A stretch of 64,000 nt of DNA from positions 9,933 through 73,932 of the forward strand of contig NZ_JAYFPT010000012.1 in the NCBI RefSeq assembly GCF_034927565.1, given 5' to 3'. Under the pieces are notes generated by a model. That model was not told the origin of the DNA. It saw only the letters and a program-made list of their open reading frames with translations, and did no database searches. Shown here in pieces: positions 21,866 to 30,192 of the stretch. The position numbers and the translations under genes are program-made. Position 1 is the stretch's first letter, and the number at the start of each line of letters is the position of its first letter. Source of the stretch: Propionicimonas sp. GTDB taxonomy: Bacteria > Actinomycetota > Actinomycetes > Propionibacteriales > Propionibacteriaceae.

Positions 21866-23281
21866 TCAGTGCAACTGCGCGGTTGAGTGTCCGTGCAACC
21901 GGCGAGCGGCCTCGGCCACCGACCCGGACAGCGACGGGTAGACGGTGAACGAGGCGGTGAGCTGGTCGACGGTCAGCTTGTTGCGCACCGCGACCGAGAG
22001 CGGATGGATGAGCTCGCTGGCCGAAGGCGCAACCACCACCCCGCCGACGACGATGCCGGTCGTCGGCAGGCAGAAGACCTTCACGAAGCCGTCCTCGACC
22101 GCCTGCATCTTGGCCCGCGCGTTCGAACGCAGCGGTAGCCGCACCGCCAGCGCCCGCACCTCGCCGGCATCGACCTGGTGCTGGCTGACCCCGACGGTGG
22201 CGATCTCCGGCGCGGTGAAGACGGTGGACGAGACGGTCAGCAGATCCAGCGGCGCCACCGAGTCGCCCAGCGCGTGCCACATCGCAATCCGGCCCTGCAT
22301 GGCCGCCACCGACGCCAGCGGGAACACCCCGGTGCAGTCCCCGGCCGCGTACACCCCACGGGCCGAGGTGCGCGACACCCGGTCGACGCTGAGGTAGCCG
22401 CCGGCGGTGAGCGCCACCCCGGCTTCCTCCAGCCCGATGCCGGCCGTGTTGGGGATCGCCCCGACCGCCATCAGACAGTGCGAGCCGACCACCTCCCGGC
22501 CATCTACAAGCCTGACCACCACCTCGTCGCCCCGCCGGGCCGCGCTGACCGCCCGCGCCCGGTTCAGCACCGTCATGCCGCTGGCCTGAAAGACCTCCTG
22601 CACGACGGCCGCGGCGTCGTCGTCCTGGCCGGGCAGCACCTGCTCGCGGGAGGAGACCAGCGTGACCGGCACGCCGAGGGCCTGGTAGGCGCTGGCGAAC
22701 TCGGCGCCGGTCACCCCCGAGCCCACCACGATCAGATGGTCGGGGACGGTGTCGAGGTCGTAGATCTGAGTCCAGGTGAAGATCCGTTCTCCGTCCGGAC
22801 GGGCAGCGGGCAGTTCCCGCGGGTGGGCTCCGGTGGCCACCAGGATCACATCGGCCGGCAGCCTCTGCTCGCCGTCCACGGTGGAGGCCACCACCTCGCC
22901 GGTGCCAGCCAGAGCCCCGGTCCCGTCGATCACCCGGACGCCCTCGGCCTCCAGCCGGCCGCGGATGTCGTCGGACTGCGCCCGAGCCAGGTCGCGGATC
23001 CGGCGGTGCACCGCGCCCAGGTCGACCCGGACGGTGTCGGCCAGCCGGGCACCGCCGTCTCCCAGCCGCAGTCCGACCTCTTCGGCACTGCGCAGCCTGC
23101 TCATCACCTCGGCGGCAGCGATCAGCGTCTTGGACGGCACCACATCGGTGAGCACCGCCGAGCCGCCCAGCCCGCGGCGCTCGACCAAGGTCACCTCGCC
23201 GCCCAGCTGCCGTCCGACCAAGGCGGCCTCGTAGCCGCCGGGCCCACCGCCGATGATCACCACGTTCGTCACGCCCAGCAT
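21866..23281 (-). CDS. lpdA: NAD(P)H-quinone dehydrogenase (LpdA flavoprotein)
   Basis: IIGGGPGG; GSAVLTDVVPSK has no redox-active CxxxxC; GSGVTGAEFA, LASVAAMQGR, VYPSLSG; start could be 23272. Confidence 0.88.
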   Translation of the reverse strand: MLGVTNVVIIGGGPGGYEAALVGRQLGGEVTLVERRGLGGSAVLTDVVPSKTLIAAAEVMSRLRSAEEVGLRLGDGGARLADTVRVDLGAVHRRIRDLARAQSDDIRGRLEAEGVRVIDGTGALAGTGEVVASTVDGEQRLPADVILVATGAHPRELPAARPDGERIFTWTQIYDLDTVPDHLIVVGSGVTGAEFASAYQALGVPVTLVSSREQVLPGQDDDAAAVVQEVFQASGMTVLNRARAVSAARRGDEVVVRLVDGREVVGSHCLMAVGAIPNTAGIGLEEAGVALTAGGYLSVDRVSRTSARGVYAAGDCTGVFPLASVAAMQGRIAMWHALGDSVAPLDLLTVSSTVFTAPEIATVGVSQHQVDAGEVRALAVRLPLRSNARAKMQAVEDGFVKVFCLPTTGIVVGGVVVAPSASELIHPLSVAVRNKLTVDQLTASFTVYPSLSGSVAEAARRLHGHSTAQLH

Positions 23282-23530
23282 TCTTGCGTCCCGGGCGTGG
23301 ATTGGGGAGGGTGACCCGTCCTCCTCCCGGCGCGCCGGGCCCCGCAAGGGGCGAGGGGACGGTGATCCGACACAGCCCTGCTGTCGGAGCAGGTCGGCCT
23401 GCCAGCCGTGCGCGGTGCCGCGACGAGTGGGGACTCGAAGAGGAACCGTCCCCAACCCGAGTCAGGCGCGGAATGGGGCGGCCGTCACCCCGGGTGCTGC
23501 GACTGCCGCCGACGCAATAGAGTCGCTCCC

Positions 23531-24334
23531 ATGAGTGAGCAGTCTCCTGCCCAGGCCGCACAGTCCGCGGCCACCGCCCTGCTTTCCACCTTCGGTATCG
23601 AGCGCATCGACCTCGCGCTGGTGCTCGGCTCGGGGTGGTCGAGCGCCACCGAGGGAATCGGCGAACCACTCGGCGCCGTGCCGCTGGCCGACCTGCCGGG
23701 CTTCTCCAAGCCGGTGGTTGCCGGTCACGGCGGCGAACTGCGGCTGCTCCGCACCCCGGCCGGCAAGCTGGCCGCGCTGTTCACCGGCCGCACCCACTAC
23801 TACGAGGGGCGCGGCGTCGCCCCGGTCGTGCACGGCGTGCGGACCGCGGCCGCCGCCGGCGCGACCACCGTCGTGCTCACCAACGGCTGCGGCGGGCTGA
23901 ACCCCGACTACGCCCCCGGCCAGCCCGTGCTGATCCGCGACCACCTCAACCTCACCGGGGCGACGCCCCTGGTCGGAGCGACCTTCATCGACCTGACGCA
24001 GGCCTATTCGCCGCGGCTGCGGGCACTGGCCCGCGAGGTCGACCCGTCGCTGGCCGATGGGGTCTACGTCCAGTTCCACGGCCCGCAGTACGAGACTCCG
24101 GCCGAGGTGCGGATGGCCAGGCTGCTCGGCGGGGACCTGGTGGGTATGTCCACCACCCTGGAGACCATCGCCGCCCGCGAAGCCGGCCTGGAGGTGCTGG
24201 GCATCTCGCTGGTCACCAACCTGGGTGCCGGCATCTCGCCGACGCCACTCAACCACGCCGAGGTGATCGAGGCCGGACGGGCCGCCGTCCCGCGGTTGCG
24301 GTCACTGCTGGCCGGACTTCTGGAGAAGCTGTGA
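23531..24334 (+). CDS. punA: Purine-nucleoside phosphorylase
   Basis: VLGSGW, GRTHYYEG, LTNGCGG, DHLN, GPQYETPAE, VGMST, LNHAEV. Confidence 0.93.
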   Translation: MSEQSPAQAAQSAATALLSTFGIERIDLALVLGSGWSSATEGIGEPLGAVPLADLPGFSKPVVAGHGGELRLLRTPAGKLAALFTGRTHYYEGRGVAPVVHGVRTAAAAGATTVVLTNGCGGLNPDYAPGQPVLIRDHLNLTGATPLVGATFIDLTQAYSPRLRALAREVDPSLADGVYVQFHGPQYETPAEVRMARLLGGDLVGMSTTLETIAAREAGLEVLGISLVTNLGAGISPTPLNHAEVIEAGRAAVPRLRSLLAGLLEKL

Positions 24335-25983
24335 ACGCCCTCGACCCCGCGCTGCGGGATGCCGCCGAGACCTGGCGCGCCGACGATCCCGACCCGGCCA
24401 CCACCGCCGAACTGGCCGGGCTGATCACCGCCGCGGACGCAGGCGACGCCGCTGCCCTGGCCGAACTCGCCGACGCCTTCTCCGGCCCGCTGCAGTTCGG
24501 CACCGCCGGGCTGCGCGGCAAGCTGGGCCCGGGGCCCGCCCGGATGAACCGGGTGGTGGTCTCCCGCGCGGCCGCCGGCCTGGCTGGCTACCTGCTCGCC
24601 CGCGGCCACGCCGGCCAGCCGGTGATCATCGGCTACGACGCCCGGCACAACTCCGATGTGTTCGCCACCGACACCGCCGAGATCCTCGCCGCCGCCGGGC
24701 TGCGGCCGCTGCTGTGCCGCCGTCCGCTGCCGACCCCGGTGGTGGCCTTCGGCATCCGGCACTACGGCTGTGTCGCCGGGGTGGTGGTCACCGCCTCGCA
24801 CAACCCGCCGCAGGACAACGGCTACAAGGTCTACCTGGGCGACGGTTCGCAGATCGTGCCGCCGGCCGATGCCGAGATCGCCACCCAGATCGCCGAGGTG
24901 TCCGCCGGTCCGGTCTCCGACCTGCTGCACGACGACCAGTACTCCTGGCTGGGTGAGGACCTGGTGGACGCCTACGTCACCCGGGCCGCCTCGCTGGTGC
25001 CCGCCGCGGCGGCCCGCGAGCTGACCTGGGTGTACACCGCCATGCACGGGGTGGGCACCAGCGTGGTCGACCGGGTGGTGGCTGCCACCGGCTTCCCCGC
25101 CCCGCACCGGGTGGCGGCCCAGGCCGAGCCCGATCCCGACTTCCCCACCGTGCCGTTCCCCAACCCGGAGGAGCCGGGGGCGATCGACCTGGCGCTGGCG
25201 CTGGCCCGCCAGACCGGCGCCGACGTGGCGATCGCCAACGACCCGGACGCCGATCGCTGCGCGGTCGCGGCCGTGGTGGGCGGCGACTGGCGGATGCTCA
25301 CCGGCGACGAGTTGGGCGCCCTGCTCGCCGACGACGCGATGCGCCGTGGAGCGGCCGGGACCTATGCCTGCTCGGTGGTGTCGTCCACCCTGCTGGGCAC
25401 CATGGCGGCCGCGAACGGCCACCCGTTCGCCACCACGCTGACCGGCTTCAAGTGGATCGGACGGGTGCCCGACCTCGCCTTCGGCTACGAGGAGGCGATC
25501 GGCTACTGCACCGACTCGGCCGCCGTGGCCGACAAGGACGGCATCACCACCCTGCTGCGGGTGCTGGCGCTGACCGCCGCGCTGAACGCCGAGGGCCACA
25601 CGATCGCCGACCGGCTGGACGAGATCGCCGCCCGCTACGGCGTCCACCTGACCAGCCAGCTGTCGTTCCGGGTGAGCGATCTCAGCCTGATCTCCGACGC
25701 CATGGCGCGGGTGCGCACCGCCCCGCCGCAGACCCTGGCCGGCGAGCCGGTGCGGGTGGTCGATCTCGCCCTCGGCTCGGAGGCGCTGCCGCCCACCGAC
25801 GGCATGCTCTTCGAGGGCGAATCGGTCCGCGCGGTGGCTCGTCCGTCCGGCACTGAGCCGAAGCTGAAGTGCTACCTGCAGGTCAGGCTGCCGGCCCGTC
25901 CGGACCTGGCCCGGGCCCGGCAGCAGGCGCAGGCGGTGATGGACGGGCTGCGCGCCGAGATGGCCTCCGCCCTGGGCCTGTGA
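24331..25983 (+). CDS. Phospho-sugar mutase (phosphomannomutase family)
   Basis: FGTAGLRG, TASHNP, NDPDADR, YEEAIG, RPSGTEPKLK; GTGA overlap. Confidence 0.92.
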   Translation: MNALDPALRDAAETWRADDPDPATTAELAGLITAADAGDAAALAELADAFSGPLQFGTAGLRGKLGPGPARMNRVVVSRAAAGLAGYLLARGHAGQPVIIGYDARHNSDVFATDTAEILAAAGLRPLLCRRPLPTPVVAFGIRHYGCVAGVVVTASHNPPQDNGYKVYLGDGSQIVPPADAEIATQIAEVSAGPVSDLLHDDQYSWLGEDLVDAYVTRAASLVPAAAARELTWVYTAMHGVGTSVVDRVVAATGFPAPHRVAAQAEPDPDFPTVPFPNPEEPGAIDLALALARQTGADVAIANDPDADRCAVAAVVGGDWRMLTGDELGALLADDAMRRGAAGTYACSVVSSTLLGTMAAANGHPFATTLTGFKWIGRVPDLAFGYEEAIGYCTDSAAVADKDGITTLLRVLALTAALNAEGHTIADRLDEIAARYGVHLTSQLSFRVSDLSLISDAMARVRTAPPQTLAGEPVRVVDLALGSEALPPTDGMLFEGESVRAVARPSGTEPKLKCYLQVRLPARPDLARARQQAQAVMDGLRAEMASALGL

Positions 25984-26786
25984 GCGACGACCGGGCGGCG
26001 TCCCCGCCGATCGTGGTGGGTGCGTCCCCGGTGGTCGAGCCCGGCGACGCCACCGCACCCCCGCTCGAGTGCGACACCACCCCGCCGACGCCCGAGTTCG
26101 ACGCCACCCCGCGGGTGAAGCCCGAGACCTCCCCGCCGGCGCAGCTCGGCAACACCACCGCACCCCCGCTCGAGCCCGTCGGGGCCAGCGGCCGGCCCGC
26201 CTGGTCCGCTGCGCCCCGGCTCGTCCTAGTCGCCGGGGCCTCCGGCAGCGGCAAGTCCCGGCTGGCCCGGCACTCTGCCTGTCTGCAGTTCCGGCTGGAC
26301 GACTTCTACTACGACGCCGACTACCCCGGGCATGTCATGACGGCCTACGGGATCATCGACTGGGACGACCCGGCAGCCTGGAACGCCGCCGCGGCGGTCG
26401 AAGCCCTGCGCACCCTGATCGACCGCGGCGAGGTGGAGGTGCCGGTCTATTCGATCAGCGAGAGCCGGGCCACCGGCCAGCACACCGTCCGGCTGGACGG
26501 ACGGGGGTGCATCGTCGCCGAAGGTATCTTCGCCATCGAACTACGCGCCCACCTGGAGCGGGCGGGCATGGCGGCTGAGGCGATCTACCTCGACCGTCCC
26601 GGCTGGCTGGTCTTCTGGCTGCGGCTGCGCCGCGACCTCGCGCTCAAACGCAAGCCGCCGCTGGTCCTGTTGCGTCGCGGCTGGGCGCTGTGGCGCGCCC
26701 AACCGGGCCTGAAGCGCAAGGCGGTGGCAGCGGGCTTCCGTCCGCTGTCCATGCGGCGCGCGCTGGCCGTGATCGCTGCCGCCTGA
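25980..26786 (+). CDS. Uridine-kinase-like P-loop protein with a Pro/Thr repeat N-terminus
   Basis: GASGSGKS, LDDFY, DWDDP..WN, EGIFA; GTGA overlap. Confidence 0.75.
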   Translation: MSDDRAASPPIVVGASPVVEPGDATAPPLECDTTPPTPEFDATPRVKPETSPPAQLGNTTAPPLEPVGASGRPAWSAAPRLVLVAGASGSGKSRLARHSACLQFRLDDFYYDADYPGHVMTAYGIIDWDDPAAWNAAAAVEALRTLIDRGEVEVPVYSISESRATGQHTVRLDGRGCIVAEGIFAIELRAHLERAGMAAEAIYLDRPGWLVFWLRLRRDLALKRKPPLVLLRRGWALWRAQPGLKRKAVAAGFRPLSMRRALAVIAAA

Positions 26787-26840
26787 CCTGCGTGCGGTAG
26801 TCCCTCTTGGCTCCGTCCGCCGGCGGTCTCCACTCCGCCC

Positions 26841-26972
26841 TTTCCTGTCACCGAACCCCGGCTCGGTTTCGACGAACTGCGCGCCCTGGTGGACGCGGTG
26901 CTGCCCGACGCAATCACGCGCCATCCGATCGCCTTTCGGCACACCATCAGCTGGACGAAGTCGCCGGCCTGA
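26841..26972 (+). pseudogene. Probable C-terminal remnant of a class I SAM methyltransferase
   Basis: FPVTEPRLGFDELRALVDAVLPDAITRHPIAFRHTISWTKSPA*; no start codon; family resemblance is from memory. Confidence 0.4.
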
Positions 26973-26981
26973 CCGGACACG

Positions 26982-27019
26982 CGACTGCCCCGGTTCCCGC
27001 AGGCGTCCCGGGGCAGTCG
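26982..27019. terminator. Hairpin downstream of the DAACS gene
   Basis: Perfect 12-bp inverted repeat cgactgccccgg/ccggggcagtcg. Confidence 0.65.
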
Positions 27020-27032
27020 TCACGGTTGTCGG

Positions 27033-28397
27033 TCAGATCTTCACACCGTCGAAGACCGGCCTGGCGTTGTAGGTGTCCTCGTCCAGGATGCCCTCGCGCT
27101 TGGCGACGATGGTCGGGACCAGCGCCTGCCCGGTGACGTTGAGCGCGGTGCGTCCCATGTCGAGGATGGAGTCCACCGCCAGCAGCAGGCCGACGCCCTC
27201 CAGCGGCAGGCCCACGGTTGACAAGGTGAGGGTCAGCATCACCGTCGCGCCCGTCGTGCCGGCGGTGGCTGCGGAGCCGAGCACCGACACGAAGGCGATC
27301 AGCAGGTAGTGCGTCAGGTTCAACGGAACACCGTAGAACTGCGCGACGAAGATCGCGGCCACGGCCGGGTAGATCGCGGCGCAGCCGTCCATCTTGGTGG
27401 TGGCACCCAGCGGCACGGCGAAGCTGGCGTAGGAGCGCGGAACGCCCAGATTGCGCTCGGTGACCTCCTGGGTCACCGGCAGCACGCCGATCGACGAGCG
27501 GGTGACGAATCCCAGGGTGATGACCGGCCAGACGTTCTTGTAGAACTGTGCGATCGACAGGCCGTGGAACCGCAGGATGGCCGGGTAGACGATCGCCCAG
27601 ACCAGCACCAGGCCGACGTAGACGGCGACCACGAACACCCCCAGCGAAGCCAGTGAGGCCCAGCCGTAGGTGGCGATCGCCTTGCCGATCAGCGCTGCAG
27701 TGCCGATCGGGGCCAGCCGGATCACCCACCACAGCACCTTCTGGACGACGGCCAGCGCGGACTCGGTGAAACCGATGAAGCCGGCGGCCTTGTCACCCAC
27801 CTTGAGCGCCGCGATGCCAAAGGCAATGGCGAGCACGATGATCTGGAGCACATTGAAATCGGCGCTGGCGGTGAAACCGGTCTCCGCCGAGCCTCGCAGC
27901 CCGACCTGGAGGCCGAGGAAGTTGCTCGGGATCAGGCCGGTGAGAAAGGCGGTCCAGGAGCCGACCCGGCCCGGCGCGTCGGCGGCATCGCCGGACACCC
28001 CGGCGGTGAGCCACGGTCCGGAGACCACGCCGATCAGGATCCCGAGCAGCACTGACGCCGCCGCGGTGATGGCGAACCAGATCAGGGTCTGGACGGCGAG
28101 CCGGGCGGCATTGGTCACCTCGCGGAGGCGGGCGATCGAACTGATCACCGCGGTGAAGATCAGCGGGACGACCAGCAGGCGCAGCAGGCCGACGTAGGCA
28201 CTGCCGATCTCGCCGAGCGTCGCGGTGAGCCAGTTGGGCTGGCCATCGACCTGACCGAGCGCAGCGGCGGTGAAACCGAGCGCGACGCCGACGATCAAGC
28301 CGATGACGATCTGGACGCTGAATTTCGACAGCGGATTGGTGGATCTCGGCTTCTGGGTCAGGGCCTCGTCAGCGCTGACCTGCGGGGATGCAGACAT
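27033..28397 (-). CDS. Dicarboxylate/amino acid:cation symporter, probably cystine/cysteine uptake
   Basis: LLVVPLIF, IRLAPIG, TRSSIGVLPV, PLGATTKMDG, DSILDMGRTALNVTG; substrate inferred from the Cys-rich leader. Confidence 0.9.
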   Translation of the reverse strand: MSASPQVSADEALTQKPRSTNPLSKFSVQIVIGLIVGVALGFTAAALGQVDGQPNWLTATLGEIGSAYVGLLRLLVVPLIFTAVISSIARLREVTNAARLAVQTLIWFAITAAASVLLGILIGVVSGPWLTAGVSGDAADAPGRVGSWTAFLTGLIPSNFLGLQVGLRGSAETGFTASADFNVLQIIVLAIAFGIAALKVGDKAAGFIGFTESALAVVQKVLWWVIRLAPIGTAALIGKAIATYGWASLASLGVFVVAVYVGLVLVWAIVYPAILRFHGLSIAQFYKNVWPVITLGFVTRSSIGVLPVTQEVTERNLGVPRSYASFAVPLGATTKMDGCAAIYPAVAAIFVAQFYGVPLNLTHYLLIAFVSVLGSAATAGTTGATVMLTLTLSTVGLPLEGVGLLLAVDSILDMGRTALNVTGQALVPTIVAKREGILDEDTYNARPVFDGVKI

Positions 28398-28489
28398 GTG
28401 TGGGTTTCTTCCGTGGGGAGGGTTGACCAGAAACAGGCCTGAAGCGGCCCTGGTCTGGTCGAGGGAGGTGCCCTTGTGGACGGCGGGCG

Positions 28490-28526
28490 AAAAAAGCGGT
28501 CCGGTGTCTCAGAGTCGACAGGCCGC
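28490..28526 (-). terminator. Intrinsic terminator/attenuator overlapping the leader peptide 3' end
   Basis: Minus strand gcggcc-tgtc-gactctga-gaca-ccggaccgc followed by six T. Confidence 0.65.
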
Positions 28527-28580
28527 GGAACACAGACGGCACAGAGCAGCCCAGGGGCGGGCCACGAGCGTCGCGTTCAT
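28509..28580 (-). CDS. Cys-rich leader peptide MNATLVARPWAALCRLCSAACRL (23 aa)
   Basis: ATG...TGA read directly; three Cys in the C-terminal half; 111 bp upstream of the transporter; absent from the ORF track. Confidence 0.75.
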   Translation of the reverse strand: MNATLVARPWAALCRLCSAACRL

Positions 28581-28715
28581 GGCCGGTATTTCAACACCGA
28601 CCTCACAGTGGGCGCAACCCCGTCCAGCCCATGGACAGCCGGCAAGGCACTTCACCCCGCCCCGCCGCCCTCGCGCGGCGGACAATTCCTCGCCACAGCC
28701 GTCCTACCCCAACCA

Positions 28716-28841
28716 CAAGCTGTGGCTGGGCTTCCGACTTCGGGTGGTGGGTCACAGCCTGCTGGCGAAGCGCCACTGGCCGGGCTCAGGCGCCCCACGC
28801 TGTGACTGGGATTCCGACCTCGGAGTGCGTGCCACAACCTG
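28716..28841. repeat. Two 46-bp imperfect palindromes, 80-bp period (left array)
   Basis: caagctgtggctgggcttccg-actt-cgggtggtgggtcacagcctg (28716-28761); cacgctgtgactgggattccg-acct-cggagtgcgtgccacaacctg (28796-28841). Confidence 0.85.
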
Positions 28842-28871
28842 AACACCGCCGGGCAGACGTGGACGGCACCG

Positions 28872-29795
28872 TCAAACAGCGATGACCGTCCGGCAACGCG
28901 GACAGGGCAGGACCGGGCCGGGCCAACCGCGGCTCTCCAGCAGGAATCCCACCTGCCTGGCGACCTCGCAGAACCGCCCGCGGACGTCGACACTGCCATA
29001 GCGAAGGGTCGGGCTGCCGGACAGCAGGTGGAGATTGTCCCGATTCATGTCGCGAAACGCGGAACCGGCGTCCTGGTGTCCGAGTCGACCATCCAGCTCG
29101 ACCAGAACCCCGTACTCGTCATAGACCACATCAGTTCGCGTCCCCGCCGAGACCGACACGTTGCGGCGACCGACCGGCAATCCGTGGGCACGCTCGACGT
29201 CGCGCCGATAGGCGTACTCCAGCGTGCTCTCGATCCCGTCCAGATCGCCGAGCAGTTCCTCGAAGCGTCGTCGTCCCCGAACTCGGTGCCGATCCCGGAC
29301 GGCTGCCTCGACCTGATCCAGTCGGGCCACGCGGCTACGTGCTGCATCAGCGAGCAGCGCAACCAACTTCTCCGTCGACAGGTACTGGCCGACGTCGATG
29401 ATCGCATCCTCAGGGGGGATCCGGGTCAGCAGCCCGCGGGCCCGCGCCGTCCGTCCGAGGAAGTCCCGGCGCATGGCGACCCCGTTGAGGGACGCTGGCT
29501 GGTTGATCGGAGGTACCCAGACTTCGATCTGGTCGACGCGGCGGTTCAGCCCGTGGAGCAGCAGCGCGGCCTCGCCGCCAATCGCGGCACCGTCGCCTCC
29601 GGCCAGCAGGCCGATCCAGGCCTGCTTCTCGAAGCCGTCGACCAGCGGAGCGGCGTCGAACAGCCCCCGGGTGATTCGCGTCCAGTGGCCTTGCCCGACC
29701 AGCCGAGACTGGGCTCGCGTACCCAGGCCGTGCGCTGTCGCCTGGTCGGATCTGATCACGCCGCGCTGGGCGGCTATGAGTGCACGCAGTTCCAT
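28872..29795 (-). CDS. AbiEi-type N-terminal domain + DUF559/Vsr-like PD-(D/E)XK nuclease domain protein
   Basis: N-terminal AQRGVI..Q....G...G.W.RI.RG.F; C-terminal ES.LE, R.DVVY, VELDG..GH, RD..RDN; start could be 29820. Confidence 0.8.
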   Translation of the reverse strand: MELRALIAAQRGVIRSDQATAHGLGTRAQSRLVGQGHWTRITRGLFDAAPLVDGFEKQAWIGLLAGGDGAAIGGEAALLLHGLNRRVDQIEVWVPPINQPASLNGVAMRRDFLGRTARARGLLTRIPPEDAIIDVGQYLSTEKLVALLADAARSRVARLDQVEAAVRDRHRVRGRRRFEELLGDLDGIESTLEYAYRRDVERAHGLPVGRRNVSVSAGTRTDVVYDEYGVLVELDGRLGHQDAGSAFRDMNRDNLHLLSGSPTLRYGSVDVRGRFCEVARQVGFLLESRGWPGPVLPCPRCRTVIAV

Positions 29796-29871
29796 CGTGA
29801 TGTCTTGTCGGTGATACATGCCGACATTGTTGGTTCGATGACCACCCGGCGTGCCAACGAATTGCTGTGGC

Positions 29872-29898
29872 TGTGGACAACCTCCGTCGTTATCCACA
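29872..29898. promoter_or_regulatory. Inverted pair of DnaA-box sequences
   Basis: tgtggacaa (reverse complement TTGTCCACA) at 29872-29880 and TTATCCACA at 29890-29898. Confidence 0.55.
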
Positions 29899-29919
29899 AC
29901 CAGAATTTGATGGTCACAC

Positions 29920-30161
29920 CCGGCTGCGGTTCACCGTCCGACATCGGGAGTTCGGCCACAGCGTGCGTGGGAGGCCCGCGCGGGCGCAATCCCGTCGTCA
30001 GGTCGGCCGCCACCCAGCGGCACGGTCACGTCGGCCACGCTGTGACTCAGCGTCCAAGGACGGAAGCCCACTCACAGCTTGCGCGGCGAACAGCGGGACC
30101 GGCAGATCCGGCCTGCAGGCTGCGGGGAAGAGACCGTGGACGGAAGCTCAGCCACAGCTTG
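29920..30161. repeat. Three 46-bp imperfect palindromes (right array)
   Basis: Units at 29920-29965, 30036-30081 and 30116-30161; conserved arm cggaagcycasycacagcktg, opposite orientation to the left array. Confidence 0.85.
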
Positions 30162-30192
30162 GGGACGGCGGCGGTGGGATTCGAGCCTGAGA

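Noticed and set aside
23282-23530. Structured lpdA-punA intergenic region as an ncRNA
   Set aside because: Several GC-rich hairpins but no recognisable family motif; cannot be told from background without covariance analysis.
28400-28850. SAM-IV or other riboswitch upstream of the DAACS gene
   Set aside because: No recognisable riboswitch core; the structure is explained by the leader peptide, terminator and repeats.
28716-30161. Palindrome arrays as a CRISPR array
   Set aside because: Units are 46 bp, degenerate, in opposite orientations on either side of a gene, and no cas genes are present; a REP-like reading fits better.
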